Positions 1-12,446 of a stretch of DNA of 48,155 nt are shown piece by piece. The translations under genes were made by a program, and so were the position numbers. The notes under the pieces are model-generated. The model did not search any database. It was given only the letters and a program-made list of their open reading frames with translations, and had not been told where the DNA came from. The stretch is from Octopus sinensis (Eukaryota), in assembly GCF_006345805.1 (NCBI RefSeq), contig NW_021834390.1:1-48155 (forward strand). Direction: 5' to 3'. Every line of letters starts with the position of its first letter. Within the stretch, counting starts at the first letter, position 1.

Positions 1-90
1 GCAGCCCTGGCTTCCCAGACCTCGGTCGAACCGTCCAACCCGTGCTAGCGCGGAAAACGGACGTTAAACGATGATGATGATGATGATGAT
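1..90 (+). mobile_element. 3' end of RTE-type retroposon tail ending in (GAT)n
   Basis: ccgtccaacccgtgctagcgcggaaaacggacgttaaacgatgatgat; the same motif recurs more than 10 times in the window; CpGs are retained. Confidence 0.8.
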
Positions 91-720
91 ATGCATACAT
101 ACGTATATGAATTTATGTATATGTGCACATATGGATATGAATTTATACATGTATATACATGTGTATGGATTTTTATAGGTATATGTATACATGTATGTAT
201 ATCTATGCACATATGTGTGTGTGTATGGGGTAAACTTACACTGTAGTTTTTCTTTTTCTCTTTTTATATGCCTTTTTATAATTGCTTTACATATTACCTC
301 CTCTTGTTCTTTATTCTCCCACACTGTATTTTGTCTTTCTCAAGTTGATTTTCTTTATCATCTTTTAATTTATTGCTTTTCTCCCTCAAAGTCTTAACTT
401 ACATATTTTTCCCACTCTCTCTTTCTCTCTCAGAAATTTTACTTTCCTTATTCCCAATATTTCTTTGTCTCTCTTCCTTTTCTCTATCTCTACAGTTGTG
501 CATTACAGGTGTTTTGAAATATTTCCAGGAACACACACATACCCCCATGTATACACACTCACAGCTATTTATCTATCTCCACACACTCACACATATCTGT
601 GTGTGTATACTGACCTACCTACCTACTTACCTACTAACCTACCTACCAACCTACATACATACATACATACATACAGCTAAATGAACTGGGACATACATAC
701 ATACATACATACATACATAC

Positions 721-852
721 AGCTAAATGAACTGGGACAACGTGAAATAAAGTGTCTTACTCAAGAGCACAACACACACCCCTGTCCGGGAATCAAACTC
801 ACAACCTCCTGATCGTGAGCTCGACGCTCTAACCACTGAGCCATGTGCCTTC
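721..852 (-). mobile_element. SINE family B, 5' (tRNA-like head) fragment
   Basis: Reverse complement matches the head of the 7123 and 7464 copies (gaaggcacatggctcagtggttagagcg...cttgagtaagacactttatttcacgttg). Confidence 0.8.
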
Positions 853-919
853 ACAATACATACATATATGCATTACACATTTGCATAAACCCCTCAGAGG
901 AAATTAGATTGTCATGTGA

Positions 920-1097
920 AAAGCACCCAGTATACTCTGTAAAGGGATTGGCATTAGGAAGGGCATCCAGCAGTAGAAACCAAGCTGAAACAGACTTTGG
1001 GGCTTGGTGTGGCCCCTACCCTTGCTAGTTCATGTCAAGCAATCCAACCGATGCCAGCATGGAAAATGAATGTTAAATGGTGATGGTGATGATGATG
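920..1097 (+). mobile_element. RTE-type retroposon 3' tail, CpG-decayed
   Basis: ggcattaggaagggcatccagc...tccaaccgatgccagcatggaaaatgaatgttaaatggtgatggtgatgat. Confidence 0.8.
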
Positions 1098-1840
1098 CTT
1101 ATGTTAAATGAATGTTAAATGAATGTTAAATGTTAAATGTTAAATGAATGTTAAATTTTAAATGTTAAATGAATGTTAAATGGTGATGGTGATGATGATG
1201 CTTATGTTAAATGAATGTTAAATGTTAAATGAATGTTAAATGTTAAATGTTAAATGAATGTTAAATGTTAAATGAATGTTAAATGTTAAATGTTAAATGT
1301 TAAATGAATGTTAAATGTTAAATGAATGTTAAATTTTAAATGTTAAATGAATGTTAAATGGTGATGGTGATGATGATGCTTATGTTAAATGAATGTTAAA
1401 TGTTAAATGTTAAATGAATGTTAAATGTTAAATGAATGTTAAATGTTAAATGTTAAATGAATGTTAAATGTTAAATGTTAAATGAATGTTAAATGAATGT
1501 TAAATGGTGATAGTGATGATGATGCTTATGTTAAATGAATGTTAAATGTTAAATGTTAAATGAATGTTAAATGTTAAATGAATGTTAAATGTTAAATGTT
1601 AAATGAATGTTAAATGTTAAATGTTAAATGAATGTTAAATGAATGTTAAATGGTGATGGTGATGATGATGCTTATGTTAAATGAATGTTAAATGTTAAAT
1701 GTTAAATGAATGTTAAATGTTAAATGTTAAATGAATGTTAAATGTTAAATGTTAAATGAATGTTAAATGAATGTTAAATGTTAAATGAATGTTAAATGTT
1801 AAATGAATGTTAAGTGGTGATGGTGATGATGCTGATGATG
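1067..1840. repeat. Hierarchical minisatellite of TGTTAAA and TGAATGTTAAA units punctuated by TGGTGATGGTGATGATGATGCTTA
   Basis: Punctuation blocks start at 1078, 1181, 1359, 1505, 1651 and 1815. Confidence 0.95.
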
Positions 1841-2102
1841 AGTCAACTTCAGTATGATTAATAAGCTTGATTGATTCTACTAATATCATAGACTCCAGCC
1901 ATCATTAATTATTTATTGTAATCCATAATTTTTATTGATTAACAACAATAAATGTTGAATCTATATTCATATATGTACATGTGGACATGTATATAAGTAT
2001 ATGATAGTCTAAGTATATGCGTATCTGTTTAATACACAGATTCACACACAAACACATAAAAATCTGTATACAGATGTGTGCGTGTATATGTTTAGAGATG
2101 TA

Positions 2103-2883
2103 CAGGATGCGATGGGTAAATTATCACCATTTTATATTTTCAATTTCACACATGTGCATTGTTTGTTTTTTATTTTGTCAACTACACAGTATAGTAGGGT
2201 CAGTTGGGCACTGTCTGTGAAGAAAACAGCACCATGGAAACGGCACGCTATATTGCTTGGCATTCACGCCAGAAGCTCCAATATGAACATTTCAGAGTGT
2301 TTGGGTGTCAATCTGAAGACAGTGCAATCTGAGGACATGTACCGAGAGTGATAAAAATAAAACATCCAGTCAACATCATGGTATTTGGAGTCATCACTAG
2401 TGATGGCAATGTTATGCTTCGAAGGAGGTAGTACTGTCCTGGGTCAAGAGGATGACTGCTGGAAGACCCTATGTCTGGCAACAGGACTCTGCACACAAGC
2501 AGGAGAACCCAGTCATGGCTGTCAGACAATTTCTATAAGAACATCACCCCTAACATCTGGTCACTTATCACCTCAGGCTGCAACGTCCTTATGTGTGGGA
2601 TGCTGTTGAGTGAGCGACCACCAAAACTCCTTGTAATGCTAAAGATGAACTGATGGCAAGGATTCACCTACTTAAGCAAGGAGACTGTCCAGGAGAGCTG
2701 CAGGAGATTCCAAAGTCATCTGAGGCCATGGTTGAAGCCAATGGTGATTTCATTGAATAAATTTACTCATTTGTATTTCAAGATATTTTTATGTAATTTT
2801 GGTAAATGTATCTGTTAAAATGAGATGTCGGTGTTATTTTCATTTTTGCGTAATTTCGACAACAGTTTATTCACTGTACCCTG
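2103..2883 (+). mobile_element. Decayed, internally deleted Tc1/mariner-superfamily transposon (DD37D/maT-like)
   Basis: TA flanks at 2101-2102 and 2884-2885; degenerate TIRs (caggatgcgatgggtaaatt vs cagggtacagtgaataaact); frame-shifted peptides KHPVNIMVFGVITSDG, RPYVWQQDSA, HTSRRTQSWLSDNF, AMVEANGDFIE*. Confidence 0.85.
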
Positions 2884-2960
2884 TATATGTAGACATGTCA
2901 ACAAACTAAAATGATAGTTGCACAGAAACATAGACAAATAAATGGGAAACAAATAACAAA

Positions 2961-3470
2961 TCTATATATATAAAACTATAGTTGTGTGAGTGTCTGTCCC
3001 CTTCGATTTAGATTCCTAACTCCTCCCACATTTTGCGGTGCAGTTTAACCAAATTCGGGTATCTTATAGTCGTGATTAATATCAAGTCCGTCTGAGTATT
3101 AGCACGCGTCTACGATGAGTCTACGATTTAAAAAATAATTTAATATCATTTCTTATTCCATTTTAATGCATAATTTTTCGTGTGTCGATGGCGGCGGAGT
3201 TGGCGTCCACGCTCACACCTGCACCAGTTTGCTTCTCCCCCTTCCCTCCCTCATGAAGCTGTGGGGAAGGGAGTGTAAAGAAATCAACGTCGTAATGCGT
3301 TGTCAAGGAGACCCGCGTTCTTTTAGAACAACGACTTCATGGCTTGAAGACACCAAAATAGAAATGGCTAAGAAAGCCCGAATTGGCATCTATAAGGGAA
3401 GTAACTCTCTAAAAATGCTTATATAGTTATTTCCCTTACAAACCCGAGCAACGCTGGGCGATACTGCTAG
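2961..3470 (+). mobile_element. Non-autonomous Helitron, copy 1
   Basis: 5' TC (tctatatatataaaa); GC-rich subterminal hairpin cccgagcaacgctggg; 3' CTAG; preceded by A and followed by T; no TSD. Confidence 0.9.
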
Positions 3471-3866
3471 TCTTTATATATAAAAGTGAAGTTGTGTGTC
3501 TGTCTCCTACGATTTAGATTCCTAACTACTCCCACATTTTGCGGTGCAGTTTTACCAAAACCGGGTATCTTATAGTCGTGATTCATATCGAGCCCTTCTG
3601 GGTATTAGCGCGCGTCTATGATGAGTCTACGATTTAAAAAAATTTACCATCATTTTTTTCCATTTTAATGCATTTTTTCGCTATTATATAAGGGAAGTAA
3701 CTCTCTAAAAATGTCTACGATGAGTCAACGATTTTTAAAAAAATTTACCATAATTTTTTTTCCATTTTTAATGCATTTTTTTGCTATTTTTTGGCTATAA
3801 CTCTCTAAAAATGCTTATATAGTTATTTCCCCTACAAACCCGAGCAACGCCGGGCGATACTGCTAG
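3471..3866 (+). mobile_element. Non-autonomous Helitron, copy 2 (head-to-tail with copy 1)
   Basis: 5' tctttatatataaaa; 3' cccgagcaacgccgggcgatactgctag followed by T; shares both ends with copy 1; has an internal duplication. Confidence 0.9.
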
Positions 3867-5343
3867 TAACAAATAAAAATAAAAAGAGCTAGACTAGAAC
3901 TGGGTAAGAACATAAGCAAACACAATAATATATGTATGAACAAATAAATGGATAAATCATGTTAATATATATTATAGCAAATAAGCTTTTTCATCTGCTA
4001 ATGTATGTATACATATATATATATATATATATATATATCTACAAACGTGAATGTTTCTGCATGTACACACACACATACAAATATCTTTCTAGCTTTTAAC
4101 AACCTATATTAAAATCTTTAATTTTACAAGCAAGAAAAAATTATTTAGATCATAATATATAATGTAAAAATACAGTGTATGCTTTACTCTATCTGTTGTT
4201 ACTCTTGTTTTGTACTTTATCCTTATAACAAAGATGGGTAAATAAAGGAAATGAAAAAATGATATATGACGTGAGATGAAAATGAACTAGGAAGCGACGA
4301 TTTATTCTCAGTTATAAAATACAATGATTGCCATACATGAAATAAAATAAACAATTGTCCAAAGAAATGCAAAGCAAAATAAATATATCAGAACCAAATG
4401 CAAAATTCAACTTTCAGTATTGATGTATCAGAGTGGATAGCATGAGGTAGAAAGCCTGTATGCGAGTACGTGTGTATGGATGTTGGGAAAAAATATTTGA
4501 CAGTCAAAAATGTCTGAACAAAATATTTAACAATCAAAAATAGGAACAATGTGAAAAGGGAGTCCTGAAAAGGGAAAACATGCGAAAAATATGTAAAGCC
4601 AGTCTTTTGGAAGTACAAACACACAAAAAAGTTCAATGTATACTAAGAACCCACTTTAAGATGTTAGTGAATAATGTGATAATGGCAAAGAAGTAACAAG
4701 TAACAGGATAAGAAGATGCTGGTAGTCTGAAATCTATTAAACTGGCATCATTGTAGCAACAGTGTTAAGAAGTTGGTTTTGGCAGATGGTAACCGTATGT
4801 GTTCTGTATCTTAGGTAGAAAAGAGATTCGTGTTCCTTGGTGTCCAAAATAGCAAGAGAGAGAGAGAAAGAGAGTGAGTGCTCAAAAACCTCGGAATATA
4901 TAGAAGTCAACAACCAGCAACCTGTTGCATTTGGCATTTTGCAGCAAAGGGATGTAATTCAGCTATCCTCGCTATGCTACACCATCTTCTCTTTCCATTG
5001 TCTTTATTCTCCCACACAACATTTTTCTCAGATTTTCATTTACCATATAATGTACTATTTATGATACCTGAATTTTCCCCCGTTAAACATAAAACCCACA
5101 TTTTGTATTTCTATATCACGCTCTTTTCTTTTATTGACTTCTCACCTGCAAAACACACATACTCACAGAAGTGGAATACAAACTTATATGTCTGCATATA
5201 TATATATATATATATATATACACACCAGGTTTAGTTAAATGTTTTTGTGTGTTTCAAGCTTTAATTGATAGTTCAAACAAATTACATATGCAAAGTGTTT
5301 ATTCATGAAAATATATCCCACCATATTCTATTGTCTGTTGCTA

Positions 5344-5738
5344 TTATTGTACCAGAAGCTCAATTCCATGCTTATACCATTTGGCTGATTTAGAGGCAAA
5401 AAATCTCCCTGTACTTGTTTTCAACCTCATCCACGGGCCATGGATTGGTGCAAATTCTGGACATTTGGCAAGGTGAAACAGCAACTCCAGCCTCTGAAAT
5501 TCTTCATGTTTGTATTTGGTCACCTGAAAAGTGTGTCTTGTAGGAATGTGTATCTCTGATTGATCAATGCCGAGTAGTGGGCTTTTAAATATTGTATACT
5601 CACTGAAGTTAGCATTCACAATATGACCTTCTTGAACAAGATCAGAGTGCAACAACCCCTCCAAATTCCACCAAATGCACAACGTCTGTTCAAACTGCAC
5701 TTGTCTGACAAGTTCTGAAACTTTGCAAGCATACATAC
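5344..5738 (-). CDS. Probable terminal (or sole) coding exon of an unidentified host gene, about 130 aa
   Basis: Non-repetitive 130-codon ORF of complex composition (MYACKVSELVRQ...KWYKHGIELLVQ); AG acceptor at 5740-5739 just before GT-ATG; in-frame TAA just upstream; TAA TAG double stop; about 1.4 kb of largely unique UTR-like DNA downstream with AATAAA near 4301-4306 on the minus strand. Confidence 0.65.
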
Positions 5739-6662
5739 CTAATTAAATTCATGTAAGAACAAGCCAAAGATCTTGAATTTACAAAGCAAACTTCTTAACC
5801 ATATGATCAATACTTGATGCATCTGTGAATATATATAGATTCATGTTCATTCACGTCTGTGTGTGTGTGTGTGTGCGTGTGTGTGTGTGCATGTGTGAAT
5901 GTGTGCATGTGTGCGTGTATGTGTGTGTGTATGTTTATAAATATATATGTATATATATATATACACACACACACACAAATATTTATGTCTGTATATGTAT
6001 AACTGAAAGAAGCCTATAGTATATATAAATATATATATATATATACATGCATATATACATACATAGATATATACATATACACACATATATAAATTTATAT
6101 GTCTATATGAATATATATATATATTATATATATATATATATACACACAACAGGCTTCTTTCAGTTTGCGTCTATATCACATCATGATGTAGACTAGTTTT
6201 TTTGGGGAAATGTGTTTTGAAAATAGGATTGGTCCTGTACAGGACATTTCCTTATTTCAAAAAACTTCAAGCACAGAAATCACTTGAGTTTCATTAGTTC
6301 TATTATGTATTGCATATTATGGCTGGACATAACCAAAAAAGGCAAAGCACTTAAGGAAAAATTCCATGATGGAATGAAAACATGCATCTATGTGTGGGTG
6401 ATAAGCTCTTTAAATATCTACTACCAGGGGTACCCATCATTGCCACACTTGTGCAAAAGAGTGTAAATGTTCCGAGCTGGACTTAAAAGCTACATCCATG
6501 TTGCTTACTCATGTCTAAGAGAACAATTAAGGAATGGCAATATTTGAAATGAAGTTTCAGCCGTGTGTGTGTATGTGTGTGAGTGTGTGTATGTGTGTGT
6601 GTGTGTATGTGTGCATGTGTGTGTGTGCATGTGTGTGTGTGTTTTTATACATACAGTTATAC

Positions 6663-6697
<35 letters not shown>

Positions 6698-7122
6698 TAC
6701 ACACGCACGCACACACTCATGCAAATGCGCACATATGTAGACATTCACACACACACATACACCTACACATTCATTTGCATACTTAAGAATACAATAAACA
6801 ATTGTTGAGGAATTTAGTGTGCAACAGTCACAACTACCAATCCCATAATTAAAGCCTGTTTTGAGTTAATTTGTTTTCCATGTATCGTTTATGTTTTACT
6901 TTGAAACCAATAAAGCAATTATTCTCTACCGAATAACACGAATTGTTGGTGCTTTGTTAAAGTTGCTTAGGTGAAGGAGTATTATAGCTTGGTTCAATAA
7001 CAAGAACATTGATATTTCAACTCAGACCAAGACATTTTGAATAATGATTTCTTGTCAATGCATCTTGAGAATGGGATGGAGCAGTATTTGGATATTTATA
7101 AATGTATGTATAATATTTATAT

Positions 7123-7443
7123 GAAGGCGCATGGCTCCGTGGTTAGAGCGTTGAGCTAACGATCATAATTTTGTGAGTTCAAATCCCGGACCAGGCTGCG
7201 TGTTGTGTTCTTGAGCAAGACACTTTATTTCACGTTGCTCCAGCTGAGTTGTGACATCACTGGTGCCAAGCTGTATCAGCCTTTGCCTTTCCCTTAGATA
7301 ACACTGGTGGTGTGGAGAGAAGAGGCCAGTATGCCTGGGCGACTGCTGGTCTTCCATAAACAACCTTGCCCGGACTTATGCCTGGGAGGGTAACTTTCTA
7401 GGGGCAATCCCATGGTCAGTCATGACCAAAGAGGGTCTCAGCA
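7123..7443 (+). mobile_element. SINE family B, near full length (first of a tandem pair)
   Basis: A-box-like tggctccgtggttagagcg; B-box-like gttcaaatccc; CORE-like ttcttgagcaagacacttt; body shared with 7464, 14813 and 46144. Confidence 0.85.
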
Positions 7444-7463
7444 CTCAGCATTTTAATTTATGT

Positions 7464-7805
7464 GAAGGCACATGGCTCAGTAGTTAGAGTGTTGAGCTTA
7501 TGATCGTGAGGTTGTGAGTTCGAATCTCAGACCGGGCTGCATGTTGTGTTCATGATCAAGACACTTTATTTCATGTTGCTCCAGTTCATTCAGTCATAGA
7601 AATGAGTTGTGACATCACAGGTGCCAAGCTGTATCAGCCCCCTTTGCCTTCCCCTTGGATAATACTGGTGGCGTAGAGAGGGAAGGCCGGTAAGCATGAG
7701 CGACTGCTGGTCTTCCATAAAACAACCTTGCATGGACTTGGCACCTGGGAGGGTAACAATCTAGCTGCAATCCCATGGTCAGTCATGACCGAAGGGGTCT
7801 CAGCA
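7464..7805 (+). mobile_element. SINE family B, full length (second of a tandem pair)
   Basis: Colinear with 7123-7443; retains a segment (ttcattcagtcatagaaat) missing from the first copy. Confidence 0.85.
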
Positions 7806-8285
7806 ATATTTATAGCCATATCATGTTGAAAACATTGGTTCTTGTTACATCATTAAAGTTAAGTAGCATTGAATCTATTTAGTACTTTGACAGGTGGGTG
7901 CTTAATAAACCAAGGTGTAGTAATTTGCAGTACAAGCATTGTTGAGTAATTAAGAAGTTTGATTTGCATTCACATGATTTGGGGTTCAGTGCCAATGTGT
8001 AGCATTTTGGGCGAGTGTCTTCTATTATTTTCTTTGCTAAGAGGTGACAGTGGACAATTCAATGGTGCACCCTCAGATTTAGAAAATACTGTTTACAAAA
8101 ATCTCTCTGCAATACAAATTAGTGCCTCACCCCCACCCCACCAAAATATTCAGAAGCACCTCCAGGCACCAAACTCTGGCAACAGGCCTGTCTTCTACTA
8201 TAACTCTGGATTGCTTGAAACTTTGTAAGTAGATTTGGCATTGGAAATGGAAATAATCCTATTGTGTATAGATGTGCGTGCATGT

Positions 8286-8399
8286 ATCATCATCATCATC
8301 GTTTAACATCTGCTTTCCATGCTAGCATGGGTTGGACGATTTGACTGATGACTGGCGAACCAGATGGCTGCACCAGGCTCCAATCTCGATCTGGCAGAT
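8286..8399 (-). mobile_element. RTE-type 3' tail
   Basis: catcatcatcgtttaacatctgctttccatgctagcatgggttggacg is the reverse complement of the tail motif. Confidence 0.8.
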
Positions 8400-8462
8400 C
8401 AAGAAATAGATATTAAGGCAGGGAAGAAACTGAACTATCGAAAAGATATTGCCAAATATTTG

Positions 8463-8605
8463 CGAGGGCGGGTTGCTGAAAAGTTCCTGGCTTTGGGTAA
8501 AAAAATATACAGGAGGATCAAGTAATTGATTTCATCCAACATATTCCCCTCTCAGATTCACAGACTTATTGCAGCAGTCCTTCAGTTTTTCTAAACCCTG
8601 TAAAA
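8463..8605 (-). mobile_element. Mariner-derived MITE, one-ended copy
   Basis: TIR ..gctgaaaagttcctggcttt and body shared with 10809, 28461 and 40834. Confidence 0.8.
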
Positions 8606-9110
8606 TAGCTCTATCTTCCCCATTTTTTTATTCTATTGGTCAATGTTTTTAGTGCCTTTGTATTCCTCCCGTTTCCATATTCTACTCTTAACATTCCGTT
8701 TCTACTCTACAACTGGATGCCCTTCCTAACGCCAACCATCCATATCGGTTAACAGTTATTTTCAATACTTTTCTCCCTGGATTAAGTGTTTGTTTATCTT
8801 TTTGTCTTCTGCAATTTTATTTTCGGATCTTCTATATATATATATATGAAGAATTTTCCTCCGGCTGCCTGTTTTTTCCCTCTGCAAAACAGAAATTTGC
8901 ATTATGGAACAGTCATTTTAATGAGATATTTTATTTATTTATCACCCGACGAGATACATCTGCACCACTGGATACTCCTGTACCAGTTTTTGTGTATCCC
9001 ACAAGAGGAGTTGATGCTAGATGTGTCAAAACAATTGTCATGATTAATAATATATTCTCATATATTCCATCTTCTGTCTATCATTTGTTATTTATTATAT
9101 ATATATATAT

Positions 9111-9933
9111 AAAACTTAGATAAAACTTAGATATGTTTCGACCAGAGATTGGTCCAGGCCATGTCTAACTTAATAGCACCACCTGATAGGATTATTCGAA
9201 TCCTGTTTAAGTCAAGTTTTGTTCAAGTAGTGAGTTCTTGTTGGGTGAGTTGTATCCAGTTTTGTTCAAGTAGTGAGTTCTTGTTGGGTGAGTTGTATCC
9301 AATTATGGGTGGCTTATCTGGTATTCTTTGAAGGAATCTATCCAGACTCTGTTTGAAGTTGATGGGATCCTTTTCCTCTTTGATCTCCCTCGGGACAATG
9401 TTAAATAGGGCAGGGCCTGTTGAGGAAAAGAAATTATGTTGCAGTGTACATGTATGTTGTGATCTTGAATTTGGCAGGGGACGTATAGCCCGTGGTCCAA
9501 GTCTCGGATGAACCTTGAAGCTAATGTTTAGGTCGTTTGGGCAAAGTTGGCGGTATATTTTCCACATCGTACAAATGATGTACCGCTCACGGCGACGCTG
9601 GAGGGAGTAAAGTTTCAAGGCTTTAAGGCGATCCAATAATCGAGAGCAGCCATGCCTTCAATTTGTTTAGTGAGAGCCCTCTGGGGTGACTCAATTCTGG
9701 AGATGTTTTGTCTTGTGTGAGGAGACCACAGTGGGCAGCAGTATTCAAGGTGTGGCCATACAAAGGATGAAAAAAGTGGTATGATGACACCTTGTTCTCT
9801 GGACCGGAAAGTTCTTAAGATCCAGAAACTCATCCTACGAGCTGTATCGACCTTCTTGTTGATGTGTGCACTCCAACTGAGATCGTCATCAACAATTACA
9901 CCCAGGTCTCTGATATTGTTAGAGGCTGTGAGC
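9111..9933 (-). mobile_element. 5'-truncated CR1-group LINE (ORF2 C-terminus, 3' UTR and short tandem tail)
   Basis: [47 protein letters not shown]; one frameshift near 9634; 43-bp tandem duplication at 9215-9301; tail (TATCTAAGTTT)x2. Confidence 0.9.
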
Positions 9934-9978
9934 ATACATACATACATACATACATGCATACATACATACATACATACA

Positions 9979-10089
<111 letters not shown>

Positions 10090-10154
10090 GTATATGTATA
10101 TGTTAGAGGCTGTGAGCATACATACATACATACATACATGCATACATACATACA

Positions 10155-10220
<66 letters not shown>

Positions 10221-10311
10221 GTATATGTATATGTATCCTTCTTTGTTATCTAATTAATTAAAGTCACCAGCGAAAACCATGAGCTTCCCAATGTTATTAT
10301 ATCCATTTTCT

Positions 10312-10371
<60 letters not shown>

Positions 10372-10767
10372 CATACATGAATTTCCATTGTCTAAATATT
10401 TTCAGTTTTTGTTTTTTCTCTATTTACATGTATATATTTATATATGTATGTATGTGTGTATGTATGTATGTATGAATGTGTGTATGTATGTATGTATGTA
10501 TGTATGTATGTATGTATGTATGTATGTATGTATGTATGCATATTTTGTATATCTAGCCCAAGTCTGTTTATTTGTTTAATTGCATCATTATCTCCATATC
10601 TGCTCCCTTGGATTCCCCTTATAGCCACTCTTGTCCCCACGGGCTTAATCCTTGATAAATATTTCAGAGAGTAAGTTCAACTCATTTGAGCACTACAAAG
10701 TGTTTTCCATATTGTGCATCTCTGTATATCATCTGTTGACTATATATATATATTATATATATATATA

Positions 10768-10805
<38 letters not shown>

Positions 10806-10808
10806 CCT

Positions 10809-11027
10809 CAAGGGGGTGCTGAAAAGTTCCTGGCTTTGGGTAAAAGAAAATACAGGAGGATCAGTTAATTATGACTTTATACAACAAATTCCCCTCTCAG
10901 ATTCACACACTTATTGCAGCAATCCTTCAGCTTTTCTAAGCCCTATAAAAGAACTGTGAAGGTTGCTCCTCCAACCAGGCCTTTCACAATACCCTTAAAA
11001 CTAGAAGCTTTTCAGCAAATCCCCACA
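10809..11027 (-). mobile_element. Mariner-derived MITE, about 220 bp, both ends present
   Basis: Left caagggggtgctgaaaagttcctggcttt; right aaaactagaagcttttcagcaaatcccca; located among TA/CA microsatellite. Confidence 0.85.
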
Positions 11028-11044
11028 TATATATATATATATAT

Positions 11045-11120
<76 letters not shown>

Positions 11121-11200
11121 TGTGTTGGTCTCATGAAAGGATGATATCATCCAAAGAAATACTGGTTCAATACCTGATATTTGATGGGGGAGGTTAATCA

Positions 11201-11490
11201 TGCAATGGCCCAGTGGTTAGGGCAGCGTACTCGCAGTCGGAGGATCATGGTTTCAATCCCCAAACTGAATGTTGTGTGTACTTATTGAGCGAAAACACCT
11301 AAAAGCTCCACAAGGCTCCGGCAGGGTGTGGTGGCGACCCCTGTTATACTCTACGCCCCAATGTTCTCTCACTCTTTCTTCTTGTTTCTTGGGTAACGCT
11401 GCAATGGACTGGCGTCCTGTCCAGCTGGAGGGAACACATACGCCATAGAAACCGGGAAACTGGTCCCATGAAAAGGGCACATAAATAAAA
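11201..11490 (+). mobile_element. SINE family C
   Basis: tRNA-like head tggcccagtggttagggcagcg...; tail gcaatggactggcgtcctgtccagc...gaaaccgggaaac shared with 19014 and 28957; A-rich end. Confidence 0.8.
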
Positions 11491-11989
11491 TAATAAAATA
11501 AATGAAGAATAAGAAAACAGAGATACTGAAGTTAATAAGAATTTATTATCAAGCAAAACATCGATCATTATCCCTTACAGATGTTTCACTTAAGCTCAGT
11601 GAAGTTAAGTAAATATTAAAATCGTTTTTCTGAGCATAATCTCATCAGAGGGAGAAAAAAATATACCCTTAGATATTTTGTGTGTTAGTTTCTTGAATTA
11701 TCATGGCAGACTGAATAATACTGTTCATGATTAGTAATGATATGTATCTAGGCGAGGGGGTTACAGGTTTGTTGTGGGTAAGATATAGTATGCAAATGTA
11801 ATTAGGGTAATGAAGAGTAAATAAACAGAGATTAAAGAGTAAATTACAATGTAAATAAAGTACAATATGAATGAGATAAGGAATTAAATTACATTTGTAG
11901 GTTGTATACAAAAGTGAAAAAAAACTTATCTATAAATAAACATACTCATACTTGCTATTGCACAATCATACATTCATCTGTTAATTCAA

Positions 11990-12076
<87 letters not shown>

Positions 12077-12218
12077 ATATATACATATATATATAAATAC
12101 ACACACAACACACACACACACACACACACACATGCACAGGGACATTCACAATTAATCACATGCATTTACATGTATACACATACTATTACTATTATTATTA
12201 TTACTATTACTATTATTA

Positions 12219-12287
<69 letters not shown>

Positions 12288-12446
12288 GTTATTATTATTA
12301 TTATATTATTATTAGTCAAGATGAAGAGCGCAATTCAGTTGTAAGTTATTTTATTAGTCGAACGATATTTCAACAGTACGTCTGTCTTTGTCAAGAGAAA
12401 ATTTGATGGAATACTTTTGTTTGACTGCTTTTCGGAGGCATCCATG

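Noticed and set aside
1067-1840. Repeat-spacer look of the punctuated array
   Set aside because: The spacers are made of the same 7- and 11-mers and carry no unique information.
6509-6514. Possible 6-nt microexon on the minus strand (ttctcttag ACATGA gtaagc)
   Set aside because: Both sites look good and frame would be kept, but such matches are expected by chance in 48 kb and there is no independent support.
7123-7200. tRNA genes at A/B-box-like sequences (also 11201, 19014, 28957, 37041)
   Set aside because: Each continues into a multi-copy SINE body, and I cannot fold a complete cloverleaf.
9135-9183. Hammerhead ribozyme at the LINE 3' end
   Set aside because: It has a stem and GAAAC but no CUGANGA and no stem III partner. 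Kept only as a conserved 3' structure.
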